Made by a program: the position numbers and the translations under genes. 64,000 bases of DNA, from contig OZ255836.1 of the NCBI GenBank assembly GCA_965277715.1, forward strand, positions 3,040,001-3,104,000. The letters run 5' to 3'. The notes beneath the pieces are model-generated. The model ran no database searches. It saw only the letters and a program-made list of their open reading frames with translations, and was not told the DNA's origin. This document shows, one piece after another, positions 22,271-32,988 of this stretch; position 1 is the stretch's first letter; each line of letters starts with the position of its first letter. This DNA is from Gammaproteobacteria bacterium. GTDB lineage: Bacteria > Pseudomonadota > Gammaproteobacteria > JBCCGL01.

Positions 22271-23332
22271 TTAATTATGTGACGCTGTATTCCTGGAGAA
22301 TTCACTGTAATCCAGGCCACCTTTAAAATACGTGGTTTTCCCCGTTTGTTTCTGAATCCCCTGGCCTTCATAAATGCGCAGCGCATCAACCGCCGGGCGC
22401 GGTTGGTGTGCCACCAGCCACAAACGCAAGAGGTGCCGCTTTTTTTCGGGAATGTCTGAGTCTTCAAACGCTGTGCGGTTGTGCAGTATGGTTAAGTTAT
22501 TAAAGAAAACCGCTTCACCTGGCTGGGTGATAAATTTCAATGCAAACCGCTCATCGTGTGCGATGCTATCAACCAGGTCGAGCGCTGCCAGTTCATCACT
22601 GCTTAGCGCAACGCCTAATTCCTGGGCAGCCATGTCGATATAGGCGCGCAGATAGTTAATGCTTAAATAGCCTTGTGTAAATGAGAAAACCGGGATTTTC
22701 TCTTCAGTTACTGGCGACTGCCCCGGCAACTCTTCACCAAAGCGATGGTAGTGGAATCCCTCGATTAAAACAGGCATCAGATCAGGGCGGCGGGTGAGTA
22801 CTTCGTTATAGACGGTAATGGCACTGACGTAGCCACTGTAACCGCCCGATTCGGCTTTTTGCAGGCACATCATCGCGACTACATCGCAGGAGTCAGTGTG
22901 CATGGCCAGCTCGGTGCTGTTGCGGTAGGCGCGCTCTTTTGGGTCTTTCCCCCCTACATTAATCACGTCACCGAGGCGGTCACCCATAACACTTTGTGAC
23001 ATTGCCGTGCCAAAGTGGGTGCCGATGCCCCAGTGGAGGATAGCCATTTCTGCTTTGCTGTAGGTATCGACAGGGAAACCACTGAGTATCACCATGCCAT
23101 GACTGTCCATCACCCGCTCTCGCCAGGCGTTAACGTCAGCGGCAATCTCAGCGAGGGGAAAGTGTTCACGGGTGATCGATTCGGTTTCCAGGTTATTGGC
23201 CTGCACATCGCGGAGGGCTTTATCCAGCGCGGCGAGGTGCCTACCCGATAGATGAACCGTAAACGTATCACGACCGGATTGATCTGCGCGCCAGGCACTG
23301 GCGTGTTCGATTATTTTGAGCGGGTTGTCCAT
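22271..23332 (-). CDS. TauD/TfdA family Fe(II)/2-oxoglutarate dioxygenase
   Basis: HTD iron motif, NNLTILHNRTAF, RHLLRLW. Confidence 0.9.
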   Translation of the reverse strand: MDNPLKIIEHASAWRADQSGRDTFTVHLSGRHLAALDKALRDVQANNLETESITREHFPLAEIAADVNAWRERVMDSHGMVILSGFPVDTYSKAEMAILHWGIGTHFGTAMSQSVMGDRLGDVINVGGKDPKERAYRNSTELAMHTDSCDVVAMMCLQKAESGGYSGYVSAITVYNEVLTRRPDLMPVLIEGFHYHRFGEELPGQSPVTEEKIPVFSFTQGYLSINYLRAYIDMAAQELGVALSSDELAALDLVDSIAHDERFALKFITQPGEAVFFNNLTILHNRTAFEDSDIPEKKRHLLRLWLVAHQPRPAVDALRIYEGQGIQKQTGKTTYFKGGLDYSEFSRNTASHN

Positions 23333-23355
23333 GTATTGAATCCTCGTCCAGTGTA

Positions 23356-25070
23356 TTAGCGGGCCACCACCGCCGAGCCAATCCCCCGGGGATCACTGGC
23401 GGCGGTCACCTGTTTAGTGTTTGTATCCCAAATCACTGTATGCATATTTCCCCAGGTACGATTGCCCTGTTTCAGGGTATGGCCTTTCGCCTGTAAGCCC
23501 TGAATAAGCGCTGGGGAGAGTGCATTGGGTTCGTAAAAGATCGTGTCTGGCAGGTATTGATGGTGAAATCGCGGTAGCGACACCATGCTCTGTGCATCAC
23601 CACCGGCATGAAATTCCAGTGCTGCCAGTAATACCATGGTGATGATACGGCTGCCACCGGGGGTGCCGACGATGGCTATACGCCCGTCCTTTTGCAAAAA
23701 CGTGGGTGACATGCTCGATAACATGCGTTTACCGGGGGCGATGGCATTGGCTTCGGCGCCCACCAGACCATACAGATTGGGCACACCGGGTTTGGCGGAG
23801 AAGTCATCCATTTCATTGTTTAGCAAAATACCGGTGCCCTCTGGCATATAACCGGAGCCAAACGGGTAATTGACCGAAAGCGTGGCCGAGACCTGGTTGC
23901 CCTGCTTGTCGATAATCGAAAAATGGGTGGTATCAGTGCCTTTACCGGTATCGCTGACACCGGGCAGAACGCTGCTGGGGGTCGCCTTTTGTGGGTGAAT
24001 CGTGGCGCGTAAACCCTCGCCGTAAAAAGGGTTGATCAGCCGTACAATGGGCACATCGACAAAATCGCTGTCTCCCAGGTATTGGGCGCGGTCGCGATAG
24101 GCGCGGCGCATCGCCTCGACAATAAAATGATGCCGATCGGCGGGTGAGTAATTTGCCAGGTCACCATAACCCGCCAGAATAGACAAAATTTCGCCTAGAG
24201 CAACACCACCGGACGATGGTGGTGCTACCGATACCACCTGCATACCGTGGTACTGGCTTTGTATGGGCGTGCGCTCAACCACGGTGTACTGGCGCAAATC
24301 ATCGTGCGTCCAGATTCCCCCTGCTGCGCGTGTACCGGCGACTAACTTATCGGCTACCGCGCCCGCATAAAAACCGTTTACGCCGGATTTGGCCAGGGCT
24401 TCGAGGGTCGCCGCGAGGTCGGTTTGTTTTAGTTTATAGCCTGCCTCGGGGACTTCACCATCAGCCAGCATGACTGCACGGGCAGCGGGCGAAGCGCGCA
24501 GTGCAGCGAGGCGAAACTTTGCCAGGCGGCGGTATACCTCATCGACCGGGAAACCGTCTCGCGCCAGGATGATCGCCGGTTGTAAACTCACGGTGAGCGG
24601 CAGTGCGCCGTAGTGATCCGCGAGCTGCGCGAGGGCGGCGGGAATGCCGGGAATACCAGCGGCCAGCGCACCATCGACAGATAAATTTGGCGCCACCTCA
24701 CCGGCTTCGTCCAGGTACATATTGCGCTCTGCGGCCAGTGGCGCCCGCTCGCGGGCATCGAGCATAATAGCGCGCTCGGATTGCGCTTTTTTCAGCAGAT
24801 AAAAACCACCACCACCCAAACCCGAGCTATAAGGCTCGACCACAGCGAGCACGGCGGTAACCGCTATTGCCGCATCAAATGCATTGCCACCCTGATTCAT
24901 TACATCGACACCCGCCTGCGTCGCCAACGGGTGCGCACTCGCCACTGCCAGTGCGCCTGGGGTTAGCCCATCAGGGCTGCTCTGGGCGTAAGTTACAGGT
25001 GACAGCAGCAAGTAGCAGAGTGTAGTAATAAGCGTTGCAGTCACCCGGTTGAGTAGGCATTGTTTTCGCA

Positions 25071-25071
<1 letters not shown>
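23356..25071 (-). CDS. ggt: gamma-glutamyltransferase
   Basis: GGNAFDAA, TTHFSIID nucleophile, NNEMDDF, RMLSSMSP, GTPGGSRI. Confidence 0.96.
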
Positions 25072-25340
<269 letters not shown>

Positions 25341-25394
25341 TCATACTGAGAGGGTGATTCTAGCACTGGATGGATTGACAGCGGTCAGTTGAAT

Positions 25395-25436
25395 CTAGAC
25401 CCCTATGTATTAATTTGCACACAAGTTAATACATAT
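25395..25436. repeat. palindromic repeat family C (right end lost where the 47-bp array begins)
   Basis: CTAG-ACCCCTATGTATTAATTTG-caca-CAAGTTAATACATA, matching 30406-30453. Confidence 0.65.
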
Positions 25437-25595
25437 GCAGGAGCAGTTGCCGACGACTGTACGGATACAGGAGATAGAGCAACGCAGGAGCAGTTGCCGA
25501 CGACTGTACGGATACAGGAGATAGAGCAACGCAGGAGCAGTTGCCGACGACTGTACGGATACAGGAGATAGAGCAACGCAGGAGCAGTTGCCGAC
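25437..25595. repeat. tandem array of 3 identical 47-bp units plus 18 bp
   Basis: GCAGGAGCAGTTGCCGACGACTGTACGGATACAGGAGATAGAGCAAC starts at 25437, 25484, 25531 and (partial) 25578. Confidence 0.95.
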
Positions 25596-25712
25596 ACCTC
25601 TGTTGATTAGCAAGGTATTCTCACCGACTGTAACTGACTCACTTGCAGTGCGCATAGAAAATGCCAATAAGAACGCCGGTCTTTAGCGCGCTGGATTAAA
25701 AACTATCCTTTA

Positions 25713-25835
25713 ACCTAAATTCCGCAGTTGAATCTACTGCGAGCACCTAATGCACAGAATCCAAAGCGCTTTTACCAGCATTTCAGCTTCAGCACCTTAG
25801 ACGCCCTCGCTACGATTCAACTGCGGAATTTAGGT
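25713..25835. mobile_element. MITE family A, short form (123 bp), TSD TTA
   Basis: TIR ACCTAAATTCCGCAGTTGAATC ... GATTCAACTGCGGAATTTAGGT. Confidence 0.92.
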
Positions 25836-28237
25836 TTAACCCGCCAACCACCAGGATCATAAGCCGCATGACAACTCACCCTGCCACTACACAGAGTACC
25901 TGCAACATCAATCGCCACACATCCCCCCTCCCAATCGACACCCTCCACCGTATCGAGATAAGCCAACGCAAGTGGGCGCCCCACTCGATAACCAAATGCC
26001 GCCGAAGTAGTTTTACCCACAATAACCCCATCCCAATAAACCGGCTCATTACCCAGCGGAACAGCGTGAATATCATCGAGCAGAATAGTAACCATACGCG
26101 ATTGCGGTGGCTGCCCACGCAGCGCATACAATGCATCGCGCCCAATAAAATCGTTACCCCAGTCGATAGCAAAATCCAGCCCCGCCTGCAGCGGATTGAT
26201 ATCGGTATCGAGGTCATGGCCATAGGCCAGAAAACGCTTTTCGATACGCATGGCACTCTGCGCCAACACCCCCGCAGGCTGCGCACCGACAGCGTGTAAC
26301 GCCCGGTACACCGCATCGGCATCCGCCGCCCGGCAGGTGATCTCCCAGCCCGCCTCACCGACATAAGACAGGCGCGCCGCCCGCACCGCAACACCGGCAA
26401 TGCTTGTTTCGGTATGGCAGAAATAGCCGAGGGTGTTCAGTTCATCTGCGCCAATTTGCCTTGCCATCTGTGCCGATTCCGGCCCCATCAAACCGATAAC
26501 GGCGAATTGTTCGGTTTCATCGTAAAGACCAAGTTGCTGGCCAACATTGAGGTGGCGTTGCAACCAGGCCATATCCCGTTTGATGGCCGCTGTACCGACG
26601 TACAGGTGATAGAGGGTATCGCTGATACGCAAAGCAGTCAGGTCACTCTCAAAGCCCCCGCGTGCATTGAGCATGGCGGTGTAGATGGCACGGCCAGGGG
26701 CGCAGGTCATGTCATTGGCGCATACACGGTTTAAAAACGTCTCGGCGTCACGCCCTTCGACGACGATTTTGCCAAAGGTTGACTGGTCAAAAATAGCCGC
26801 GTGTTGCTGGGCCTGAACCACTTCACGGCCAACCTGATCAAACCAGGCGGGGCGGCCAAATGTCAGTACAGGCTCGGTGGCTTTATTAAAGTATAAGGGC
26901 CGTTCCCAACCGAAAAACTGGCCAAAGTGCGCGTTGTGTTTAAGCCATTGCCGGTGCAGGGGCGTAGTGCGCAATCCACGTGCGCTCGACCACTGGTGGC
27001 CGGGATAGCTGATGGCGTAGTGTTCACCCAATACTTCAGGCGCCCGCTGCGCCAGTGCCGCCGCCGAGTTAAAGCACGCCGGGAAGCGCTTCGGGTCGAC
27101 CTCGTGTAAATCAGTGGGGGTATGGCCGTGGGCAATGCAGTGTGCCAGCGCCATACCGGCACCACCGCCCGTGGCCACACCCACGGAATTCATGCCACAC
27201 CCCAGAAACAAACCGCGTGTTTCCGCCGACTCGCCGAGCATAAAAGTCCCATCCGGGGTAAAACTTTCCGGGCCGTTTAACAGCATCCTCACCTCTGCAT
27301 CGGCCAGGCATGGTAGGCGGTGCAGTGCATTTTTCATCATTGGTTCAAAGTGATCCCAATCCTCCGGGAGCAACTGGAAGGGTGTGTTTTCACCAATACG
27401 CTGTGCAGAAATAGACTTGCCAAGCGGTTCAAAACAACCGACCAGCAACCCCCCGGAGTCATCGCGGATGTACAGGTGGCCATCGTGATCAGACAGGGTT
27501 GGCAGGTTACCTTGTGCGCCCTCCACCGCTTTAGTCAGCAGGTAAAAGTGCTCGCACGGCCAAACGGGGGCGTCGACCCCTGCCAGCGCCGCATTGCCCT
27601 GACTCCACAGCCCCGTGCACAGCGCAATCGCATCACAGCGAACAGTCCCTGCCGTCGTCTCCAGCCCGGTGATTTTGCCACCTTTGGTAAACAGCGCGGT
27701 TACGCCCGTGTCTTCAAAAATACATGCGCCGTGTGCTTTGGCGCCCTTGATCAATGCGGCGCATAAGTCAGACGGGCTAACCCGGCCATCATCAGGTGAC
27801 CACACCGCCCCCAGTACATCGTCGGCATTCATCAACGGCCAGCGCTCACGGGCCTGCGCAGCGCTGATAGAATCGGCCTGGATACCAAATAAATGTGCCA
27901 GCGCCTCTTGGCGTTTGATATGCGTGAGCCGGTCGGGGCGGGTGGCGATAGACAGCGAGCCTTTGTTGATCCAGCCGGTTGATTGCCCGGTTTCCTGTTC
28001 CAGCGAACGGTACAGTGAGATCGAATAGCGAATCAGGTCGGTCAGGTTGCGCGTCGAGCGCAAGGCGCGCACCTGCGCCGCAGAGTGCCAGGTAGTGCCA
28101 GATGTGAGTTTGTTACGTTCGATCAGTAGCGCATCACCAATGCCCTGTTTGGCGAGGTGGTACAGTGTGGAGCACCCCATAATACCGCCGCCGATCACTA
28201 CAACAGAGGCGTGCGAAGGAAGTGAATTTTTGTGCAT
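25817..28237 (-). CDS. FAD-dependent oxidoreductase with GcvT domain (dimethylglycine/sarcosine dehydrogenase family)
   Basis: GGGIMG, LTSGTTWHSAA, NGPESFTPDG, GWERP, RLSYVGEAGWE. Confidence 0.92.
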   Translation of the reverse strand: MHKNSLPSHASVVVIGGGIMGCSTLYHLAKQGIGDALLIERNKLTSGTTWHSAAQVRALRSTRNLTDLIRYSISLYRSLEQETGQSTGWINKGSLSIATRPDRLTHIKRQEALAHLFGIQADSISAAQARERWPLMNADDVLGAVWSPDDGRVSPSDLCAALIKGAKAHGACIFEDTGVTALFTKGGKITGLETTAGTVRCDAIALCTGLWSQGNAALAGVDAPVWPCEHFYLLTKAVEGAQGNLPTLSDHDGHLYIRDDSGGLLVGCFEPLGKSISAQRIGENTPFQLLPEDWDHFEPMMKNALHRLPCLADAEVRMLLNGPESFTPDGTFMLGESAETRGLFLGCGMNSVGVATGGGAGMALAHCIAHGHTPTDLHEVDPKRFPACFNSAAALAQRAPEVLGEHYAISYPGHQWSSARGLRTTPLHRQWLKHNAHFGQFFGWERPLYFNKATEPVLTFGRPAWFDQVGREVVQAQQHAAIFDQSTFGKIVVEGRDAETFLNRVCANDMTCAPGRAIYTAMLNARGGFESDLTALRISDTLYHLYVGTAAIKRDMAWLQRHLNVGQQLGLYDETEQFAVIGLMGPESAQMARQIGADELNTLGYFCHTETSIAGVAVRAARLSYVGEAGWEITCRAADADAVYRALHAVGAQPAGVLAQSAMRIEKRFLAYGHDLDTDINPLQAGLDFAIDWGNDFIGRDALYALRGQPPQSRMVTILLDDIHAVPLGNEPVYWDGVIVGKTTSAAFGYRVGRPLALAYLDTVEGVDWEGGCVAIDVAGTLCSGRVSCHAAYDPGGWRVKPKFRS

Positions 28238-28301
28238 AAAGCATCCCGAACAGGTTGAACCTTAACGACGTGCACGGTATTTTACCGTGCTTATATCCCC
28301 A

Positions 28302-28352
28302 GGAGCCCGTCGGTCTTTCCCTCGCGACGAGCGCCTAAACCCGACAGACTCC
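28302..28352. mobile_element. internally deleted mini copy of MITE family B
   Basis: GGAGCCCGTCGG...GAGCGCCTAAACCCGACAGACTCC; reverse complement matches the start of the 13976 copy. Confidence 0.75.
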
Positions 28353-28379
28353 TGGGCATAGTACTTTGGAGTAAACCCA

Positions 28380-29579
28380 ATGCAAGCGTTTTCCGCTCTT
28401 CGCGTTATCGACCTCACCCATGTTATAGCCGGGCCGTTTTGCACTTACCAGCTCGCGGTGATGGGCGCGGATGTGATAAAAATTGAGTCTCCACAGGCAC
28501 CGGATATGGTGCGTGAGGACGGGCCGCTGGCGGAGGAGGTTGCACGCGGTATGGGGTCGGTATTTACCGCACAAAATGCCAATAAGCGCTCAATAGCGCT
28601 GGATCTGAAATCGCCAGAGGGGCGCGATATTGCCATTACTCTGATTCGCGATGCCGATGTGCTGGTGGAAAACTACCGCAGTGGTGCGCTGGCTGAGCTG
28701 GGGCTGGGTTATCAGGGTATCCGCAAAATCAACCCTGACATTATCTACTGCTCGCTAACCGGCTTTGGGCAAACCGGGCCGAAAGCGCAACACACCGCCT
28801 ACGATAACGTGATTCAGGCATTCTCTGGTTTGATGGCGTCGACAGGGGATGAACATACTGCGCCGATGAAAGTGGGGCCGCCTGTACTGGATTACGGCAC
28901 CGGTGCCCAGGCGGCATTTGCCATCGCGGCGGCATTATTTCAGCGCAGCCAGACGGGTGAAGGGCAATACATTGATATCGCCATGCTGGATTCGGCGCTG
29001 ATGCTGATGTCGGCCAATATCACCCACTACCACGCCGCCGGTAAGCCCGCTGCGCTGACAGGCAATAACAGCGCCTCCAAGCCCGGTTATGCCTGCTACT
29101 CCACCGCTAAAGGTTTATTGATGATCGGTGCTTACACCAGCAAGCAGCACGCGGCCATGTGGCGGGTACTGGGTAGTGAACGGCGCGCCCAGGCCGCAGA
29201 GTCGGCTAGTCTGGCTGAAATCGGTGCACAGATGGACGAGGATATACAGGCGATATCTGCTGTATTAGAGACAAAATCAGCCGATGAATGGGAGGCATTA
29301 ATGAACCAGGCAAAAGTCCCCGCCGCACGCGTGCGCACGGTCGACGAAACCCTGGCGCATGAACAGGTTTTATCCCGCTCAGTTATTCAGGCACAGGCCG
29401 ATGCAGGGGCTTCCGGGCCACTACCGGTGGCATCATTTCGCTACAATCACCACGGCCCACAAGTGAATACGCCGCCGCCATTACACGGCCAGCACACGCG
29501 GGAGATTCTGTCCTCGCTCGGCTTTAGTGCGGAAAAAATAGCGGCATTGCAGCGTAGTGGTGTGGTGAAGTTTGGGTAA
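28380..29579 (+). CDS. CaiB/BaiF family (class III) CoA transferase
   Basis: DLTHVIAGP, GADVIKIE, NANKRSIALDLK, AYDNVIQAFSG. Confidence 0.93.
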   Translation: MQAFSALRVIDLTHVIAGPFCTYQLAVMGADVIKIESPQAPDMVREDGPLAEEVARGMGSVFTAQNANKRSIALDLKSPEGRDIAITLIRDADVLVENYRSGALAELGLGYQGIRKINPDIIYCSLTGFGQTGPKAQHTAYDNVIQAFSGLMASTGDEHTAPMKVGPPVLDYGTGAQAAFAIAAALFQRSQTGEGQYIDIAMLDSALMLMSANITHYHAAGKPAALTGNNSASKPGYACYSTAKGLLMIGAYTSKQHAAMWRVLGSERRAQAAESASLAEIGAQMDEDIQAISAVLETKSADEWEALMNQAKVPAARVRTVDETLAHEQVLSRSVIQAQADAGASGPLPVASFRYNHHGPQVNTPPPLHGQHTREILSSLGFSAEKIAALQRSGVVKFG

Positions 29580-29650
29580 TTACGCTGTACCCCAAAGAGG
29601 CTTCGTTGATAAACTGGATGGCACAGAGAGGCTGAATTTTTTTGGGTGGT

Positions 29651-30217
29651 TCACGCTGCCTCCCAGCAGCGCCGACCAGAAAAGCGCGCTTTTAAGTACA
29701 CCATTTGATCGCCGAGGATTTGCCGGTTGGCGAGGTACATAAACTCAAATACATTCGGTTCAAAGGGGATTGCCAGCAGTTGCATATTGGCCTGCTCTGG
29801 GGTTTTCCCACCCTTGCGGTGGTTGCAACGGGCGCAGGCGGCAACGACATTTTTCCAGCGGTCAGTGCCGCCCTGTACACGCGGCACGATGTGGTCGCGT
29901 GTCAGTTCGTCTTCACGAAATTCGATGCCGCAGTACATGCAGGTGTATTCGTCGCGCCGGAACAGGAAACGGTTGTCGAGTGCTGGGGTGAAGCTGTATT
30001 TTTCAGTGCTGCCTTCGCAGGCGATAATCGGCGCCAGGGCAATTTGCGATTGGATGCCCTGGCAGTTGATACCGCCACGCATTAAAAAGGGGGACTCGCC
30101 CAGGCTCCAGACAACCTGGTCTTTGAAGTACAGTGTCGCGGCCTCTTCACGCGATACCCAGGCACGCGGCAACCCTGACTTGTTCAATCGAAGTATGCGC
30201 ACGTTGCCATTGGTCAT
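29651..30217 (-). CDS. HNH endonuclease (McrA-like)
   Basis: RRDEYTCMYCG, TRDHIVP, NVVAACARCNHRKG. Confidence 0.92.
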   Translation of the reverse strand: MTNGNVRILRLNKSGLPRAWVSREEAATLYFKDQVVWSLGESPFLMRGGINCQGIQSQIALAPIIACEGSTEKYSFTPALDNRFLFRRDEYTCMYCGIEFREDELTRDHIVPRVQGGTDRWKNVVAACARCNHRKGGKTPEQANMQLLAIPFEPNVFEFMYLANRQILGDQMVYLKARFSGRRCWEAA

Positions 30218-30405
30218 TGTTGTTTCCCGCTTATTTTTTTCTGGACTGTAGAGTACTCGTTGTTGTCACTTGCGCAGTGTGCCAAAGTTTTGTGAATTTA
30301 CAAGGTGTTCTTTCTTGTGGGTATCGTGGGAGTTGTATGGTTTCACTCGCGGTGTTAAAGATCGGTGTTCTTATTGGCATTTTCTATGCGCACTGCAAGT
30401 AACAC

Positions 30406-30453
30406 CTAGGCCCCGTGTATTAACTTGTACACAAGTCAATACATGATGTCTAG
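30406..30453. repeat. palindromic repeat family C flanked by CTAG
   Basis: CTAG-GCCCCGTGTATTAACTTG-taca-CAAGTCAATACATGATGT-CTAG; half copy at 38797. Confidence 0.7.
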
Positions 30454-30517
30454 CCAGGCTCGAAACATTCTTGTAGGCAAAACTAACTATTTGTATTGAT
30501 GTGGACAGTAAATATTA

Positions 30518-31009
30518 TTATTCGTAAAAAATTTTATTAATAGTGAAGTACTTCGTTTCACTATTAATCGTCAGTGAAAACTCGTCATCAGTCGATTTCT
30601 TTAGCATTGCCCGCGCCATGGGGGAATCAATAGAGATATACCCTTTGCGCTCGCCAATTTCATCCGCGCCAACAATGCGGTAGGTAAATGCTTCACCCTG
30701 TTCGTTTTCCAGTGTGACCCACGCGCCAAATAATACTTTATCTGTATTACCCACTTCATTAACTACTTTTATGTTAGGTAGGCGTTTCTGTAAATAGCGG
30801 ATACGCCGGTCAATTTCTCGGAGTTGTTTTTTGCGGTAGATGTATTCGGCATTTTCTGAGCGGTCGCCCTCGGCAGCAGCGGCGGTAACAGCGGCGGTGA
30901 CTTCCGCCCGTTGTGTCCATAAACTTTGTTGTTGCTTTTGCAGGCGGGAGTAACCTTCAGGTGTGATGTAGGCCGATGATTTCGGCAGGGGTGGTTTCCA
31001 GCGCCCCAT
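30518..31009 (-). CDS. greB: transcription elongation factor GreB
   Basis: YITPEG, AAEGDRSENAEYIYRKKQLREIDRRIRYL, ISIDSPMARA. Confidence 0.96.
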   Translation of the reverse strand: MGRWKPPLPKSSAYITPEGYSRLQKQQQSLWTQRAEVTAAVTAAAAEGDRSENAEYIYRKKQLREIDRRIRYLQKRLPNIKVVNEVGNTDKVLFGAWVTLENEQGEAFTYRIVGADEIGERKGYISIDSPMARAMLKKSTDDEFSLTINSETKYFTINKIFYE

Positions 31010-31014
31010 TCAAT

Positions 31015-31722
31015 CTAGGCAGCACGCTGCATCGATGCACTGACAAACGCGTCGATTAAGGGGTGTGTTTGGCCTGTCAGGGCCGAGCGCTCCGGCTGAC
31101 AGGCGATGCCAATAAAAAAACGGTGTTGTGGAATTTCGATAGCGCATGGATCACCTTCGCTGGTGTGCGCACTGAAGTGCAGGGCGCTGCCGTCAAATAA
31201 GTCTGTGTAATCCCGGTTGAGCCCATAGCTGCAATTATATTTTTCCCGGATATGAGCACGCGCATAAAATGCGGCAAGGCGTGAACCATCGCGCAAATGG
31301 ATGTCGCCCTCCTGCTCTACCATTGCGCACACCAGGGGGGCAATTAATGGAAAAGCGGTGCCTGGGTCTTCTTCACTGTTATTAGCCCGATCATGCCCAA
31401 GGACGTTACGGGCAAACTCCAGCAGTGCGTGCTGGTAGCCGCCGCAAGTGCCGAGAAAGGGTGTGCCGTTTTCCCTCGCGTAGCGAATGGCACTGATGGC
31501 GCCCGCCGGGTTATTGTAGGGGCTGGCGGGTACGCACCATATCCCCTGGTACTGACGCAGTACCGCATCGTTGTTTTCACTGAGGTCGTTTGTTGCTATC
31601 CATTGCGCATTAACCTCGCAGGCCGTATTGCTGGCGACGATGTCAAGTGCTTGAGGAATCGCTCTGTGCGCGGTTACCACACCACTGTAATCACCGATCA
31701 GGGCAATATTAATGGGCAACAT
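31015..31722 (-). CDS. stand-alone CTP synthase-like glutamine amidotransferase domain protein
   Basis: IALIGDY, PFLGTCGGYQH, YNCSYG, QPERSAL. Confidence 0.85.
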   Translation of the reverse strand: MLPINIALIGDYSGVVTAHRAIPQALDIVASNTACEVNAQWIATNDLSENNDAVLRQYQGIWCVPASPYNNPAGAISAIRYARENGTPFLGTCGGYQHALLEFARNVLGHDRANNSEEDPGTAFPLIAPLVCAMVEQEGDIHLRDGSRLAAFYARAHIREKYNCSYGLNRDYTDLFDGSALHFSAHTSEGDPCAIEIPQHRFFIGIACQPERSALTGQTHPLIDAFVSASMQRAA

Positions 31723-31908
31723 GATGGGGTTACCGGTTGATTAATATTAGGGGGGATGTTCTCAATCACCATGAACAGATCTATTGTGGCCCTTTTCCGC
31801 ACTGGCTGTGTTGCAATTCGTCGCAATAGAAACACTATTACCCCTCATGCCTTGCTAGCACAAAAAAGGCCTCACAATCGATCTTGCCCAGGTAATTGAG
31901 AACACCCC

Positions 31909-32238
31909 CTAGTTGTTTGGATCAACACATTTATAAACGTGGAATTTCTGCTTGCCATCGACGAGGGTTGTGGCGGCCACAATGGTGTCACCCCCCATAT
32001 CGGCGGCGGCATTTCTGGCTTCTGTGTATAGGTTTTCTTCAACGCTGTCTTCAGGGAGTGGTACAAAGCCCAGTTTTTCTAATACGCTGGAAGAAAGTGC
32101 ACCCAGCTTGCGGCACGAAACGACCTCATCAATGGCCAGTACGCGCACCTTTTCGCCACCTGTCGTCAAGTCGATAAAAGAACAACCTCCCGCGCCAAAT
32201 ACGGCGAATGAGATAAGGAGCAGTATACGTGCAATCAT
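31909..32238 (-). CDS. DUF4156-like lipoprotein
   Basis: Lipobox-like GGC, ARNAAADMGGDTIV, YKC. Confidence 0.8.
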   Translation of the reverse strand: MIARILLLISFAVFGAGGCSFIDLTTGGEKVRVLAIDEVVSCRKLGALSSSVLEKLGFVPLPEDSVEENLYTEARNAAADMGGDTIVAATTLVDGKQKFHVYKCVDPNN

Positions 32239-32298
32239 GGGTTATCTCTCTTTATTCACTGAGTCTGCTATTCCAGCATAACATCAATTGTCTGTACA

Positions 32299-32868
32299 TT
32301 AATTGCCTGTTTCGAGGCTACCTGTTTTTAACCATGCATTATAAGCCGCATTTATTTTTTCGGCGGTTATTTCTGGCAGGGTATACGATGTATCGACAAC
32401 CAGATCGTAGTTTTCGTGGTTGCGAAAATGAATATTGTACAGCTTTGTAAACCTCACATCTTCAAGCTGTTGCCTGTCGTTGTTATTGGTCAGGGTTTGT
32501 TCTAGGGAGGGGTTTTCCTCGCTACGCCTTTTTGCCTGGAACACACGCTCGGCCCCCACCATGGGGTCGACGGACAGGTAGACTTTAAAAGAGTCTGGAA
32601 TAAAGTGCCAGGCCAGCCTCGAATCGACGATTAACTGGCTTTCAGTTTTACCGATATTGATTAGCTGGGAGTCTATTTCGTCGTCGACGCTTCTATCGGT
32701 TTGTGACAGTTTGTTAAGCGCCAGTGTCGTCATGCCGCGTTGTTCTGCTATGGCCCGCTGTATGCTGCCCGTCCCGAGTATTGCAAAGCCGGTTAACTGC
32801 TTCAGCGCACTGGCGACGGATGACTTTCCACTACCTATATCACCCGAAATGGACAGGATTTGTTTCAT
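32299..32868 (-). CDS. cytidylate kinase-like P-loop kinase (archaeal-type cmk family)
   Basis: ISGDIGSGKSS, IVDSRLAWHF, YDLVVDTS. Confidence 0.8.
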   Translation of the reverse strand: MKQILSISGDIGSGKSSVASALKQLTGFAILGTGSIQRAIAEQRGMTTLALNKLSQTDRSVDDEIDSQLINIGKTESQLIVDSRLAWHFIPDSFKVYLSVDPMVGAERVFQAKRRSEENPSLEQTLTNNNDRQQLEDVRFTKLYNIHFRNHENYDLVVDTSYTLPEITAEKINAAYNAWLKTGSLETGN

Positions 32869-32988
32869 ATTTACACTCGTTGTCGACTGGCCCTTTCGCT
32901 AAAGGGGTAAATTTTCCAGTATTATAGTCTCTGTGAGGTGACAGCACATAGCCAGTCAAGTTTCCCCGTTAGTGTTATATTACTTTTA

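Noticed and set aside
25437-25595. CRISPR array
   Set aside because: Units are identical head-to-tail with no unique spacers, and there are no cas genes in the window
29651-30217. HNH nuclease as part of a defence or RNA-guided system
   Set aside because: Small stand-alone HNH with no RuvC motifs, partner genes or adjacent array
31779-31883. A further MITE-like imperfect inverted repeat
   Set aside because: Single degenerate copy in the window with no clear target duplication
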